DNA of 25,714 nucleotides from a virus (IMGVR_UViG_3300029317_000007:1-25714), one strand, 5' to 3'; counted from the first letter of the stretch, positions 1-7,444 are shown. The notes: a model not told the origin generated them from the letters alone. Translations and numbers: made by a program.

Positions 1-33
1 AGACTTGTCTGTTCTGTCCTCGTTCACATTCAT
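1..33 (-). CDS. Start of a leftward gene running off the window (MNVNEDRTDKS...)
   Basis: ATG at 33-31 on the minus strand, preceded by SD-like AAGGGG; frame open to the window edge. Confidence 0.4.
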   Translation of the reverse strand, partial: MNVNEDRTDKS

Positions 34-91
34 AACCTACCCCTTGTTTTCATCAATCATCAGCGTGGCACTTTTAGCCGCACTGATTTGT

Positions 92-742
92 TTAAGCCCT
101 ATGTTCATAGCTGCCCCCTTGGTTAACCTTACTAATTGCCTTGTTCACAGCCGACCCCATATTAGGACAAAGATCAGCTATCAACGAAATAGCATCCTGT
201 ATTTGGTAGCGCTTCTTTAGCTGCGCCTCACTGGCCTTATTCCACTTATCCTTACCAATGCCTACCTTACATTCGGCAGCTATGGTGTTGGCTATCTCGG
301 ACATTCTTAGCGGGCTAAATTCCTTTGAGAATGTACGGTTTAACGTGCTGGCCATGTTTTTGTATGATTCGCCGGACTCGTCGCGGGCATCAAGCAAGCC
401 GTCCACCACCCATTGAATAATACGAACCTTTAGTTGTGGGCTGTACCACATAGCCATATCAACGAATAACACAGGGTTGACCCAGGTTCCGCCATACTTG
501 CCTTTTTTGGATAGTTTCACGTCATCCGGCCCTAAGTTCTCAACTAGGCAAATTTCCTTTATTAGCTCGCTTGTGGAATCCAAGTTGAAGTAGGCCCCCA
601 TTTGCTTCTCGCTCATTTCGGACTGTTCCCGCAAGGCATTACCCACCTTGTGCAAGTCGTTTGTATTGAGCATCCCCGTTTTATGGTTTTGGCGAATCAT
701 ACCGCCCAATAGCTTGCGCTCCATTACCACCGCTGTTTTCAT
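92..742 (-). CDS. KilA-N domain DNA-binding protein
   Basis: KilA-N signature: GMLNTNDL...YFNLDSTSELIKEI...KGKYGGTWVNPVLFVDMAMWYSPQLKVRI. Confidence 0.88.
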   Translation of the reverse strand: MKTAVVMERKLLGGMIRQNHKTGMLNTNDLHKVGNALREQSEMSEKQMGAYFNLDSTSELIKEICLVENLGPDDVKLSKKGKYGGTWVNPVLFVDMAMWYSPQLKVRIIQWVVDGLLDARDESGESYKNMASTLNRTFSKEFSPLRMSEIANTIAAECKVGIGKDKWNKASEAQLKKRYQIQDAISLIADLCPNMGSAVNKAISKVNQGGSYEHRA

Positions 743-743
743 G

Positions 744-935
744 CTATGCCCCTAGATCTACGGTGTAGTCGCCGGATTTAATCAAAGCGACTATGTATTG
801 TATGTTCTCAATACTTGCTATAGCAGTGATGTAAGTGACTCTATCACTGTCATTAGAAGCGTTCATCGCTAGAATATTGGCATTTATTTCTGCCTGATCT
901 AGTGCTGCCAGTAATTTATCGCCGTCTAGTTTCAT
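744..935 (-). CDS. Hypothetical phage protein (63 aa)
   Basis: ORF with AAGGGGAT SD (947-940) and an upstream promoter; abuts the KilA-N gene. Confidence 0.7.
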   Translation of the reverse strand: MKLDGDKLLAALDQAEINANILAMNASNDSDRVTYITAIASIENIQYIVALIKSGDYTVDLGA

Positions 936-966
936 CCTAATCCCCTTACTTGTTAACTGAGATTAA

Positions 967-995
967 ATAATAAGCTTTCTAATAAATAAGATCAA
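967..995 (-). promoter_or_regulatory. Leftward sigma70-type promoter
   Basis: Minus strand TTGATC (995-990), 17-nt spacer, TATTAT (972-967) in an AT-rich gap upstream of 935. Confidence 0.55.
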
Positions 996-1033
996 GTTAA
1001 TAAATGTAATGGATTCGTAATAAGTTGCTTTAT

Positions 1034-1441
1034 TTACAGCCGGTATACAAACCCCATCCCCACCAGTACCCCAGGCACAAAACTCAGCTTAACCCCATAG
1101 CCCCTCCAAAATTGCGAATAAGTAACCTGCGGGATAATCACCAGCCCACCAACTAGGTGTAACTTTGACGGGTAATTGTCCACCGCCACTACATCCACAC
1201 CTACCCCGTTAGACCAAGCGTAAGAGCCGCCAGCCAGGAATGAGCGCCTACAGTGACTATTGATATAGGTGCCTGCTAGATAACCGCCCCTATCGAGTGC
1301 TACGAGGTCGTGGGATTCCTTGCGGCATTTATCGTAGTAAGACGGGGAGCTGAAATGGTGGGTTTTGAGGCCAAGCGCTAAAACATCGGCGCTACAGGTT
1401 GAAAAGGCGAACATTAACACAGTAGCCAAAAGAGCCTTCAT
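1034..1441 (-). CDS. Secreted small outer-membrane beta-barrel protein, PagP-like
   Basis: Likely start ATG 1441 (AAGGA SD) rather than 1456. Signal peptide MKALLATVLMFAFSTCSA|D, alternating hydrophobic strands, T-H-H and G-T-Y-I-N-S motifs resembling the PagP His and D/N-S positions, C-terminal strand GMGFVYRL. Confidence 0.6.
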   Translation of the reverse strand: MKALLATVLMFAFSTCSADVLALGLKTHHFSSPSYYDKCRKESHDLVALDRGGYLAGTYINSHCRRSFLAGGSYAWSNGVGVDVVAVDNYPSKLHLVGGLVIIPQVTYSQFWRGYGVKLSFVPGVLVGMGFVYRL

Positions 1442-1488
1442 AGCAGTTCCTTGCATGATTGTTATATTTTTTCGGGCTTTCAGGATGC

Positions 1489-1497
1489 ATTTTAACA
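1489..1497 (-). promoter_or_regulatory. Extended -10 promoter for the beta-barrel gene
   Basis: Minus strand TG-T-TAAAAT; no convincing -35. Confidence 0.4.
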
Positions 1498-1509
1498 GCT
1501 ATTAGATGT

Positions 1510-1543
1510 AAAAAGCGGCGGGTAGACCATATCAGCCCACCCG
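1510..1543 (-). terminator. Possible leftward intrinsic terminator
   Basis: Minus strand stem CGGGUGGGC/GUCUACCCG (2 G-U pairs), 7-nt loop, then CCGC and U5. Confidence 0.35.
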
Positions 1544-1624
1544 TTGGAATATTTTGTCATATGGCTTTATTTATTAGATAGCACCTGATAAAGTACGATA
1601 ACTAACACACCAAAGGGGATTCCC

Positions 1625-1774
1625 ATGCAAGTAACAGCCAAGCCAATCCGATTAGAAGAAGAATACGACAAAGTGGTTAAGCAGATTATGAAAGACCGTG
1701 AGTGGTCATATAACAAGGCCGTTAACTATATTGTGCGCACCTACATCAAACACATGGAATATTTGGAGGCGTAA
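1625..1774 (+). CDS. Ribbon-helix-helix (Arc/CopG-like) regulator, 49 aa, not in the ORF track
   Basis: Hand translation MQVTAKPIRLEEEYDKVVKQIMKDREWSYNKAVNYIVRTYIKHMEYLEA has the IRL strand, helix, S-x-N turn and second helix; SD AAGGGGAT at 1613-1620; ends 3 nt before the initiator ATG. Confidence 0.75.
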   Translation: MQVTAKPIRLEEEYDKVVKQIMKDREWSYNKAVNYIVRTYIKHMEYLEA

Positions 1775-1777
1775 TTA

Positions 1778-2539
1778 ATGCACTATTACAAATTCAATAT
1801 TGGGGACTATGCCAGTCATACCCAGCACCTAGAGCCGCTTGAAGATATTGCTTATCGGCGAATGCTGGATTGGGTGTATTTGCACGAATCCCCATTACCA
1901 GATTCGCCAGATCAAATAGGTAGATTGATTAGAATGCGAACGCATAGCGAGTGCATAGCGGACGTATTGCGAGAGTTTTTTACGCTAACAGATCATGGCT
2001 GGATGCAGGAAAAAGCCTTCCAAGAAATAGAGGCGTACAAAACCAAGTCAACCAAGGCAAAAGCAAGCGCCATGGCAAGATGGTCTAAGGCTACCATTAA
2101 GCCGGATGCGAACGCATTGCCAGTGGATAGCGAACGCAATGCTAACCATAAACCATTAACCACTAACCATAAAACACTAAACAAAGAGATAAAAACAAAA
2201 AGCGTTGTCATAAAAAAACCCATTGAATTACCCAATTTTATCACTGAGAAAGAATGGGCCGAAATAAAGAAAATCAAGAAGGCGGCCACCAAACAAGTGA
2301 TGACCGAACGGGCCGAGAAAATGCTCATAGGGAATTTGGTCAAAATCAATGATTCTGGTTACACGATGGAGCAGGCGCTAAATGTTTGGAGCGAATATCC
2401 ACACTGGAAAACCATTTCACTAGAATATCTATCAAACAAACTGAATAACGTACATTACACACAAGGGGATAAAAATGAGAATAACGCAAAAGCAATTAAT
2501 GGGCGCACTGCAATCACCTTCACAGATACCAACTTCTAG
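1778..2539 (+). CDS. Replication initiator, DUF1376/YdaU family (O-analogue)
   Basis: N-terminus MHYYKFNIGDYASHTQHLEPLEDIAYRRMLDWVY is typical of DUF1376; internal repeats; precedes a P-like gene. Confidence 0.85.
   Translation: MHYYKFNIGDYASHTQHLEPLEDIAYRRMLDWVYLHESPLPDSPDQIGRLIRMRTHSECIADVLREFFTLTDHGWMQEKAFQEIEAYKTKSTKAKASAMARWSKATIKPDANALPVDSERNANHKPLTTNHKTLNKEIKTKSVVIKKPIELPNFITEKEWAEIKKIKKAATKQVMTERAEKMLIGNLVKINDSGYTMEQALNVWSEYPHWKTISLEYLSNKLNNVHYTQGDKNENNAKAINGRTAITFTDTNF
1934..1977 (+). repeat. Iteron cluster 1: four tandem 11-bp units
   Basis: ATGCGAACGCA / TAGCGAGTGCA / TAGCGGACGTA / TTGCGAGAGTT. Confidence 0.65.
2106..2184 (+). repeat. Iteron cluster 2 (11-bp units) plus 7-bp A/C-rich repeats; putative replication origin
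   Basis: ATGCGAACGCA / TTGCCAGTGGA / TAGCGAACGCA / ATGCTAACCAT, then TAACCAT AAACCAT TAACCAC TAACCAT AAAACAC TAAACAA (2143-2184), then an A-rich tract. Confidence 0.7.
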
Positions 2540-3239
2540 CCCCGCTATGGTGCCTGAGGTGGGTTTAAACTCAAAAGCCATGCTAGCGTATGGGAAGGCA
2601 GAAAGTGACGCACAGGGGGAAACACAGGGCGACCGTAAATTTATCACGGACTTGTTTGCCCGATTGAATACTGTCTGTACTGCGGGCTTTCATAATCTAA
2701 AGGCGCTAAGCCCAGGTGAGGCACAGGCACAGATTAGGCTAAACATGCGTGAATGGTTGAATGAATTTAAATCGAGCGGCATGGATAACCCCGCCTTGAT
2801 CGATTATGCCATGGGCCGAATAAGGTCACTGGGTTCCCCTTTTGTGCCTACTGTTGGCGAATTTATCGCACTGTGTGACGAGGGGCGGCTACCGGCGGGC
2901 ACTAAGAACGGCCAAGACTCATACAAAGAAATGCTCAAATACAACATCTTACCCAGGGAAAAGCGGGAGCCAAGTACCTTATCACCGGAAACCTATCACA
3001 CGTTTAGCGTGATTTGTGAAAGTGGCAATTTGCCGTATTTCAGAGACTTAGACGAATCTAAATCAATTAAATTTTGGGTGGCGCGGCACGATGAAACACT
3101 GGCCAGAATGAAGGACGGGCAGGCGTTAAAGCTAGCACCAGCACCCGCAGAAAAACTTGAGCACATACGCCAACCCGCCAGCAAACAAACGGCTATGAGC
3201 GCAATACAGGCAATGAAAGAGGGATTGGGTGGATTATGA
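2475..3239 (+). CDS. Replication protein P-like helicase loader
   Basis: REWLNEFKSSGM...AMGRIRSLGSPFVPTVGEFIALC resembles the lambda P core (RQW..AF..NG...PFLPSPGQFVAWC); lies after the initiator. Confidence 0.85.
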   Translation: MRITQKQLMGALQSPSQIPTSSPAMVPEVGLNSKAMLAYGKAESDAQGETQGDRKFITDLFARLNTVCTAGFHNLKALSPGEAQAQIRLNMREWLNEFKSSGMDNPALIDYAMGRIRSLGSPFVPTVGEFIALCDEGRLPAGTKNGQDSYKEMLKYNILPREKREPSTLSPETYHTFSVICESGNLPYFRDLDESKSIKFWVARHDETLARMKDGQALKLAPAPAEKLEHIRQPASKQTAMSAIQAMKEGLGGL

Positions 3240-3424
3240 TTATCGGGCTAAGTGATTATATAAAGGTTTCTGATGAGACTGACCGAGACGGGGACGTATC
3301 AATAACAATGGAATCCTCAGAAGATGAACGTTATGTGTCTGACTACCTTGATAAAAAGGGGGCGGCTGAACTTATAGAGCATTTAAGCTGTGTATTTAAT
3401 TTGGGCTATGAGGTTAAAAAATGA
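3236..3424 (+). CDS. Hypothetical protein (62 aa)
   Basis: ATGA overlaps with both neighbours. Confidence 0.7.
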   Translation: MIIGLSDYIKVSDETDRDGDVSITMESSEDERYVSDYLDKKGAAELIEHLSCVFNLGYEVKK

Positions 3425-4254
3425 TTGATTTAATAGTTAGTTTTTCAGGGGGCAGAACAAGCGCTTATTTGGCCAAGTGGTTGAAGGACAATAAAAGCCA
3501 TATTTACAATCTAACCTATATTTTCATGAACACGGGCGCAGAAGACGAAAGGACGCTTGAATTTGTAAATCGGTGTGACAAGGAATGGGGGTTAAACCTT
3601 ATATGGCTGGAGGCTGACGTGATCCAAGGCGAAAGGGTTGGGACAAAATACAAGATAGTGACCTTTGAAACCGCTAGCCGTGAATGTGAGCCGTTTTACG
3701 ATGTGGTGAAGAAATACGGCATACCAAACAAGAGCTACCCGCACTGTAACCGAGAATTGAAACTGGCTCCGTTTGAAGCTTGGATGGCTGACCACCTACC
3801 GGACGCACACAGGGCCATTGGCATTAGGTGTGATGAAATAGACAGGATGGCGGCGAACATGGACGAGAAGCGCATTATATACCCACTGATAACTATGCAC
3901 CCGACACGCAAAGGGGATGTGCTGGGCTGGTGGTCGCGCCAAGACTTTGATCTTAATTTACCAGAGCATTACGGCAATTGTGTTACCTGTTGGAAAAAAT
4001 CCGACAGAAAACTACTTACTTTGGCCCATGAAAATCCAGCCCTATTTGATCACTTTAACAATATGGAGGTTATCGCCAGAGACATAGGATCAAACGCCGA
4101 AAACAACAAGGGTAACTTCTTCAGGGAAAACCGGAACACAAAACAAGTTTTGGCTGAGTCTAAAAGTGAATTTAAGATATTCCAAGATAAGTATTTTAAT
4201 ACCAAGAATGATGTAAGTAACGGCTGCACACAATCGTGTGATTTGTTCGGGTGA
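3421..4254 (+). CDS. PAPS-reductase-fold (PP-loop) protein with Cys clusters
   Basis: VSFSGGRTSAY PP-loop, FMNTGAE, HCNRELK, IGIRCDE, YPL, GNCVTCWKK, C-terminal GCTQSC. Confidence 0.85.
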   Translation: MIDLIVSFSGGRTSAYLAKWLKDNKSHIYNLTYIFMNTGAEDERTLEFVNRCDKEWGLNLIWLEADVIQGERVGTKYKIVTFETASRECEPFYDVVKKYGIPNKSYPHCNRELKLAPFEAWMADHLPDAHRAIGIRCDEIDRMAANMDEKRIIYPLITMHPTRKGDVLGWWSRQDFDLNLPEHYGNCVTCWKKSDRKLLTLAHENPALFDHFNNMEVIARDIGSNAENNKGNFFRENRNTKQVLAESKSEFKIFQDKYFNTKNDVSNGCTQSCDLFG

Positions 4255-4300
4255 TTTATTAGATTGGTAGTTTATGCCAATAAGGTTGGTAGTTCTGGCC

Positions 4301-4329
4301 ATGATATAAATCTTGGGGGTATTTATAAT
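4301..4329 (+). promoter_or_regulatory. Possible sigma70 promoter
   Basis: ATGATA (4301-4306), 17-nt spacer, TATAAT (4324-4329). Confidence 0.45.
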
Positions 4330-4353
4330 AGATTTTCAATTAAGGGGATGGAT

Positions 4354-4863
4354 ATGAACACAGTCAAAACGTACAAGGGCCACACGGTGCCGGATGGTGC
4401 AACAGGGTTTATACCTAAAACAGATATCTATACAGCCATGTTTGTTAAAGATGGTTTCTTTATGAGGGTGGGCTGTAGTAGCTGGGTGGTAGATACAAAC
4501 CCTTCGGTAAACGGAATAATTGAAGGGCTACCCCAAGAACCAGAGCAGTACACGCCAAACGTTGGTGAGTGGTGTGAATGGCGCGGGAAAAGTGGTGGGT
4601 TTTGGGTTAAAGCAAAAGTGTCTGCGATAGAGCTTGATACATTCGTATTTTGGCAGGACGAGAACTCAGGATATAGGCCGAATAAGTTTGAAATAATGGA
4701 CTTTAGTTCGGTAAATGTTCGCCCCATCAAAACAGAGCGCGAAAAGGTTATAGGAGCTGCGCTTGGCGGCGTATCGGGAGTACTGGAAACCCCAGAAGTA
4801 TTGCTTTTCATTAATCAACTTTACGATGCTGGAATGTTAACTATGCCGGAGAATGACAAATGA
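4354..4863 (+). CDS. Hypothetical phage protein
   Basis: ATG 4354 after AAGGGGAT SD is preferred over the track's TTG 4264, which would span the promoter. Confidence 0.75.
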   Translation: MNTVKTYKGHTVPDGATGFIPKTDIYTAMFVKDGFFMRVGCSSWVVDTNPSVNGIIEGLPQEPEQYTPNVGEWCEWRGKSGGFWVKAKVSAIELDTFVFWQDENSGYRPNKFEIMDFSSVNVRPIKTEREKVIGAALGGVSGVLETPEVLLFINQLYDAGMLTMPENDK

Positions 4864-5039
4864 AAGTAGATATGAATGACGTACAAGAGGATTTCAAGCG
4901 CTACCAAGGCGAGATTGATGATCTAAAAATGGCGCTTCAAGGCGTGCTTACTGAATTGATGGGGTACACAAACGAAAAGGCGGGTGAGTGTACGGGGTGG
5001 GCTGGTGAAGCGGAAGACCTACTAAAGGCTGACTCATGA
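4860..5039 (+). CDS. Hypothetical protein, 59 aa, not in the ORF track
   Basis: MKVDMNDVQEDFKRYQGEIDDLKMALQGVLTELMGYTNEKAGECTGWAGEAEDLLKADS; ATGA overlaps at both ends. Confidence 0.7.
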   Translation: MKVDMNDVQEDFKRYQGEIDDLKMALQGVLTELMGYTNEKAGECTGWAGEAEDLLKADS

Positions 5040-5503
5040 GCCATTACATGGGAGTGCCAACCGGCAAGCCAAGCGGCACACTGATAACCCAAGCGCTAAA
5101 AGATAAGGTCTTTGGCGAAAAGCTACGGGGAAGCTGTCAGGAAGTGGATAATCGCTTTAAATGTGTGGTGGCCTATCAAGGTAAAAAATACACATTTGAT
5201 AAACACGACACAATTGCACTCTGTAATGCCCAGTACGACCACCGACTAGCAAAGATTAAAGCCAAGGTAACGCATAAACCCAGGTTGCCCGCTGCAAAGG
5301 GCTATCGAGTAAGGGAGCTGGCAGATGGCACCAGAACTTACCATGTATCAATAGCCCTCAGTGGAAAAATGGAATACATAGGAATGCGCAAAACAGAAAA
5401 GGCGGCGCGTGGTTTGTATCTTGAAACCTGGGTGGAGTATTTCGGCCCCATACCTGAAGAGCATTATTTGAAAGAATTGGCGGACAAATACGCAGTAAGT
5501 TAA
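5036..5503 (+). CDS. Protein with two AP2-like DNA-binding domains
   Basis: RG...RFKCVVAYQGKKYTFDKHDT...NAQYD and KG...YHVSIALSGKMEYIGMRKTEKAARGLY...EYFG match the phage AP2 pattern. Confidence 0.6.
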   Translation: MSHYMGVPTGKPSGTLITQALKDKVFGEKLRGSCQEVDNRFKCVVAYQGKKYTFDKHDTIALCNAQYDHRLAKIKAKVTHKPRLPAAKGYRVRELADGTRTYHVSIALSGKMEYIGMRKTEKAARGLYLETWVEYFGPIPEEHYLKELADKYAVS

Positions 5504-5543
5504 ACGGCAGTAAACCATAAAATAATATAAAAAGGATTTACCT

Positions 5544-5720
5544 ATGAATTTAGAGCTTATACGCCAAGTACTGGCAAGCGCAGCACGAGCAAAACTGCCT
5601 ATGGCACAAGAGGCCATGCAGGAGTTAACGAGCATAAACGGCAATGTGCTAACTCTAAAAGAGGAAGTGGCCAGCTTGCACGATGATTTAGAAGAGCTGC
5701 GGACTATTCAGCATGGGTAG
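5544..5720 (+). CDS. Hypothetical coiled-coil protein, 58 aa, not in the ORF track
   Basis: MNLELIRQVLASAARAKLPMAQEAMQELTSINGNVLTLKEEVASLHDDLEELRTIQHG; AAGGA SD. Confidence 0.7.
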   Translation: MNLELIRQVLASAARAKLPMAQEAMQELTSINGNVLTLKEEVASLHDDLEELRTIQHG

Positions 5721-5907
5721 CCAACAAAAGGTAATGTTTGGCGGTGTATTTGTAGTTGTGGGGTGTGTTTGGCTGTTAAATTCTTGGGAGTATATCCAAG
5801 TTGAGGAGCGGGAATTTTTACCATTGCCCGCGCCTAATGAAAGCCAGATTGCTAACCAGTGCAAAAAGTACTATTTAAATTATGGTTACAAATTAATAAG
5901 GGGATAA
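5713..5907 (+). CDS. Small protein with an N-terminal membrane anchor
   Basis: Hydrophobic VMFGGVFVVVGCVWLL; overlaps the previous stop. Confidence 0.6.
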   Translation: MGSQQKVMFGGVFVVVGCVWLLNSWEYIQVEEREFLPLPAPNESQIANQCKKYYLNYGYKLIRG

Positions 5908-5910
5908 AGC

Positions 5911-6339
5911 GTGGTCGAGTTTGATGTGTGGAATGCAAAAGACGAGATAATAGAAACTGAGGACGAAATACTTTCTATTATTGAGCAATTAACAGCGGAG
6001 AGACACTCCAAAGAAAGCGGCCTAATCCCACGGGGTGAGGCATGGCGCAAGGGTGCGCAATATGCGGTAAAGCAGAAAAAGAAACAGTGTGCAAAACTAA
6101 GGGTGGCTATAAAGAAACACAATATTTCTGAGGCTGCAAAGATAAAAGAGCAGGCCAAGGCAGAGAAAGCGGCAAGGGTGGCAGGGAATAAGCCAGAGGC
6201 TGAACGGAACGAGCTATTTACCCAGGCGCTAAAGGATATGGTGGTTAGTTATCTGGGTAAGGATGTTGCAACGGATATATTTAGCGATTGCGGCGCGCAG
6301 GCTGATAGGCAATTAAAGAATTTATCAATGATTAAGTAA
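5911..6339 (+). CDS. Hypothetical helical protein
   Basis: GTG start after AAGGGGAT; charged helical composition. Confidence 0.75.
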   Translation: MVEFDVWNAKDEIIETEDEILSIIEQLTAERHSKESGLIPRGEAWRKGAQYAVKQKKKQCAKLRVAIKKHNISEAAKIKEQAKAEKAARVAGNKPEAERNELFTQALKDMVVSYLGKDVATDIFSDCGAQADRQLKNLSMIK

Positions 6340-6404
6340 CAAAATCCCATTACCAGCCAAGCCAAAAGGGTTGATAATGGGTTAAATCAAAAGGGGATAG
6401 AAGA

Positions 6405-6665
6405 ATGTCAGAAATTAAAGAAATGAACGAAGACCACATCGTAATTGATGCGGATAATTTGCCATTGGCTATGTTTGATCAGATGAACGACCCGTTCCCA
6501 GGCTGTGATGTAGCGGTGTATTTCAACGATGATAAGTCATGGCATGGAGCATGGTGGAAAGGTACAGAGCTAAAGATTAGCCATAAAGATGGATTAGAGC
6601 TTGATGGATTTGTGGGATTTTATCAGGATAACCAGCGCCAAACCGAAGCCGAAGGGGGCGCATAG
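6405..6665 (+). CDS. Hypothetical protein
   Basis: AAGGGGAT SD at 6391-6398. Confidence 0.7.
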   Translation: MSEIKEMNEDHIVIDADNLPLAMFDQMNDPFPGCDVAVYFNDDKSWHGAWWKGTELKISHKDGLELDGFVGFYQDNQRQTEAEGGA

Positions 6666-6892
6666 TGGCCAAGCAATTCCTTATAAACTCATTTTGTATG
6701 GTAGGCGATGAAGGCAACAAGCGCACCGCCCTAGGCATGATAGGCCTGCACACTCACGAAGCTTTAGCGGCATACGTGAGCGGCTTTAGAGATGATCTAG
6801 AGCGCCATGGAGAGTGGTTACTGATAAACGGCCATGAAGTATCTATAAACATTGAGCTAGAAGAAGTAGAGGCAGCCTGTGGGAATCATTGA
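6665..6892 (+). CDS. Hypothetical protein
   Basis: TAGTG stop/start overlap. Confidence 0.65.
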   Translation: MAKQFLINSFCMVGDEGNKRTALGMIGLHTHEALAAYVSGFRDDLERHGEWLLINGHEVSINIELEEVEAACGNH

Positions 6893-7082
6893 TGTACAAG
6901 CCAGTGATATTGAATACCTGAATCGGGTTATTGACGAAATAGGCGCGTGTTCTAGTAAGCGCGAAGTAAACGCGGTTCTGGCTAGGCATAACGCAATATT
7001 GCTTGAGAAAAAGCGCGCTATTGCATCACGGGGCCAGAAGATACGGCATGAGAAGAAACGGCAGCAGGAGCTAAACCCCTGA
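6879..7082 (+). CDS. Hypothetical basic protein
   Basis: GTG start with GAGG SD; overlaps the previous gene. Confidence 0.6.
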   Translation: MGIIDVQASDIEYLNRVIDEIGACSSKREVNAVLARHNAILLEKKRAIASRGQKIRHEKKRQQELNP

Positions 7083-7192
7083 GCCCAGGGTTTATGAGGG
7101 CTGTAGGATTTAGCGGTAACATAGGGGAAGCGTCCGATAATTAGGCGCTAGACCATTGAGAATAACGAATTAAAACAATAGGGAAACAATAA

Positions 7193-7357
7193 ATGGGTAC
7201 TCAAGAGCAGTTAGCCGACAGAATAGAGAGCGGCATAGCTTGTATGGAAGCGCTTAAAAAATACGTTGAGGAGTTCGGTATCGATATAGACGCTAAAGTG
7301 ATCAAAGCAGAGGCCGGTGAGGCCATTCTACGAATGCAAGGTAAGTACGGGGAATAA
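7193..7357 (+). CDS. Hypothetical protein, 54 aa, not in the ORF track
   Basis: MGTQEQLADRIESGIACMEALKKYVEEFGIDIDAKVIKAEAGEAILRMQGKYGE; AGGGA SD. Confidence 0.65.
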   Translation: MGTQEQLADRIESGIACMEALKKYVEEFGIDIDAKVIKAEAGEAILRMQGKYGE

Positions 7358-7385
7358 ATAACACTAGTGGCTAGCAACCCCTATT

Positions 7386-7413
7386 TTGACGCATAGACCA
7401 GTAATGTTATAAT
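7386..7413 (+). promoter_or_regulatory. Near-consensus sigma70 promoter (candidate late promoter)
   Basis: TTGACG (7386-7391), 16-nt spacer containing TG at 7405-7406, TATAAT (7408-7413). Confidence 0.7.
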
Positions 7414-7444
7414 AACAACAAATTAACCTAATCTAAGAATTCCC

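Noticed and set aside
1-108. Minus-strand 23-aa ORF (108-37) whose TAG is in frame with the ATG at 33, suggesting readthrough or TAG recoding
   Set aside because: TAG serves as a real stop elsewhere (coat gene before its terminator, gp4-like, gp7-like), and ATG 33 has its own SD
5-220. Plus-strand 71-aa hydrophobic ORF
   Set aside because: Antisense shadow of the KilA-N gene; no SD evidence
1492-1560. Minus-strand 22-aa ORF MTKYSNGWADMVYPPLFTSNSC across the hairpin (possible leader peptide)
   Set aside because: No SD and no telling codon run; cannot be supported
3421-4254. Calling the gene cysH, an auxiliary sulfur-metabolism gene
   Set aside because: Cys pattern and context differ from assimilatory CysH; only the fold is supported
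4264-4353. N-terminal extension from TTG 4264
   Set aside because: It overlaps a promoter-like region, and a better SD/ATG exists at 4342-4356
7072-7094. TAAACCC/GGGTTTA hairpin as a terminator
   Set aside because: Bulged inner stem and no real U-tract
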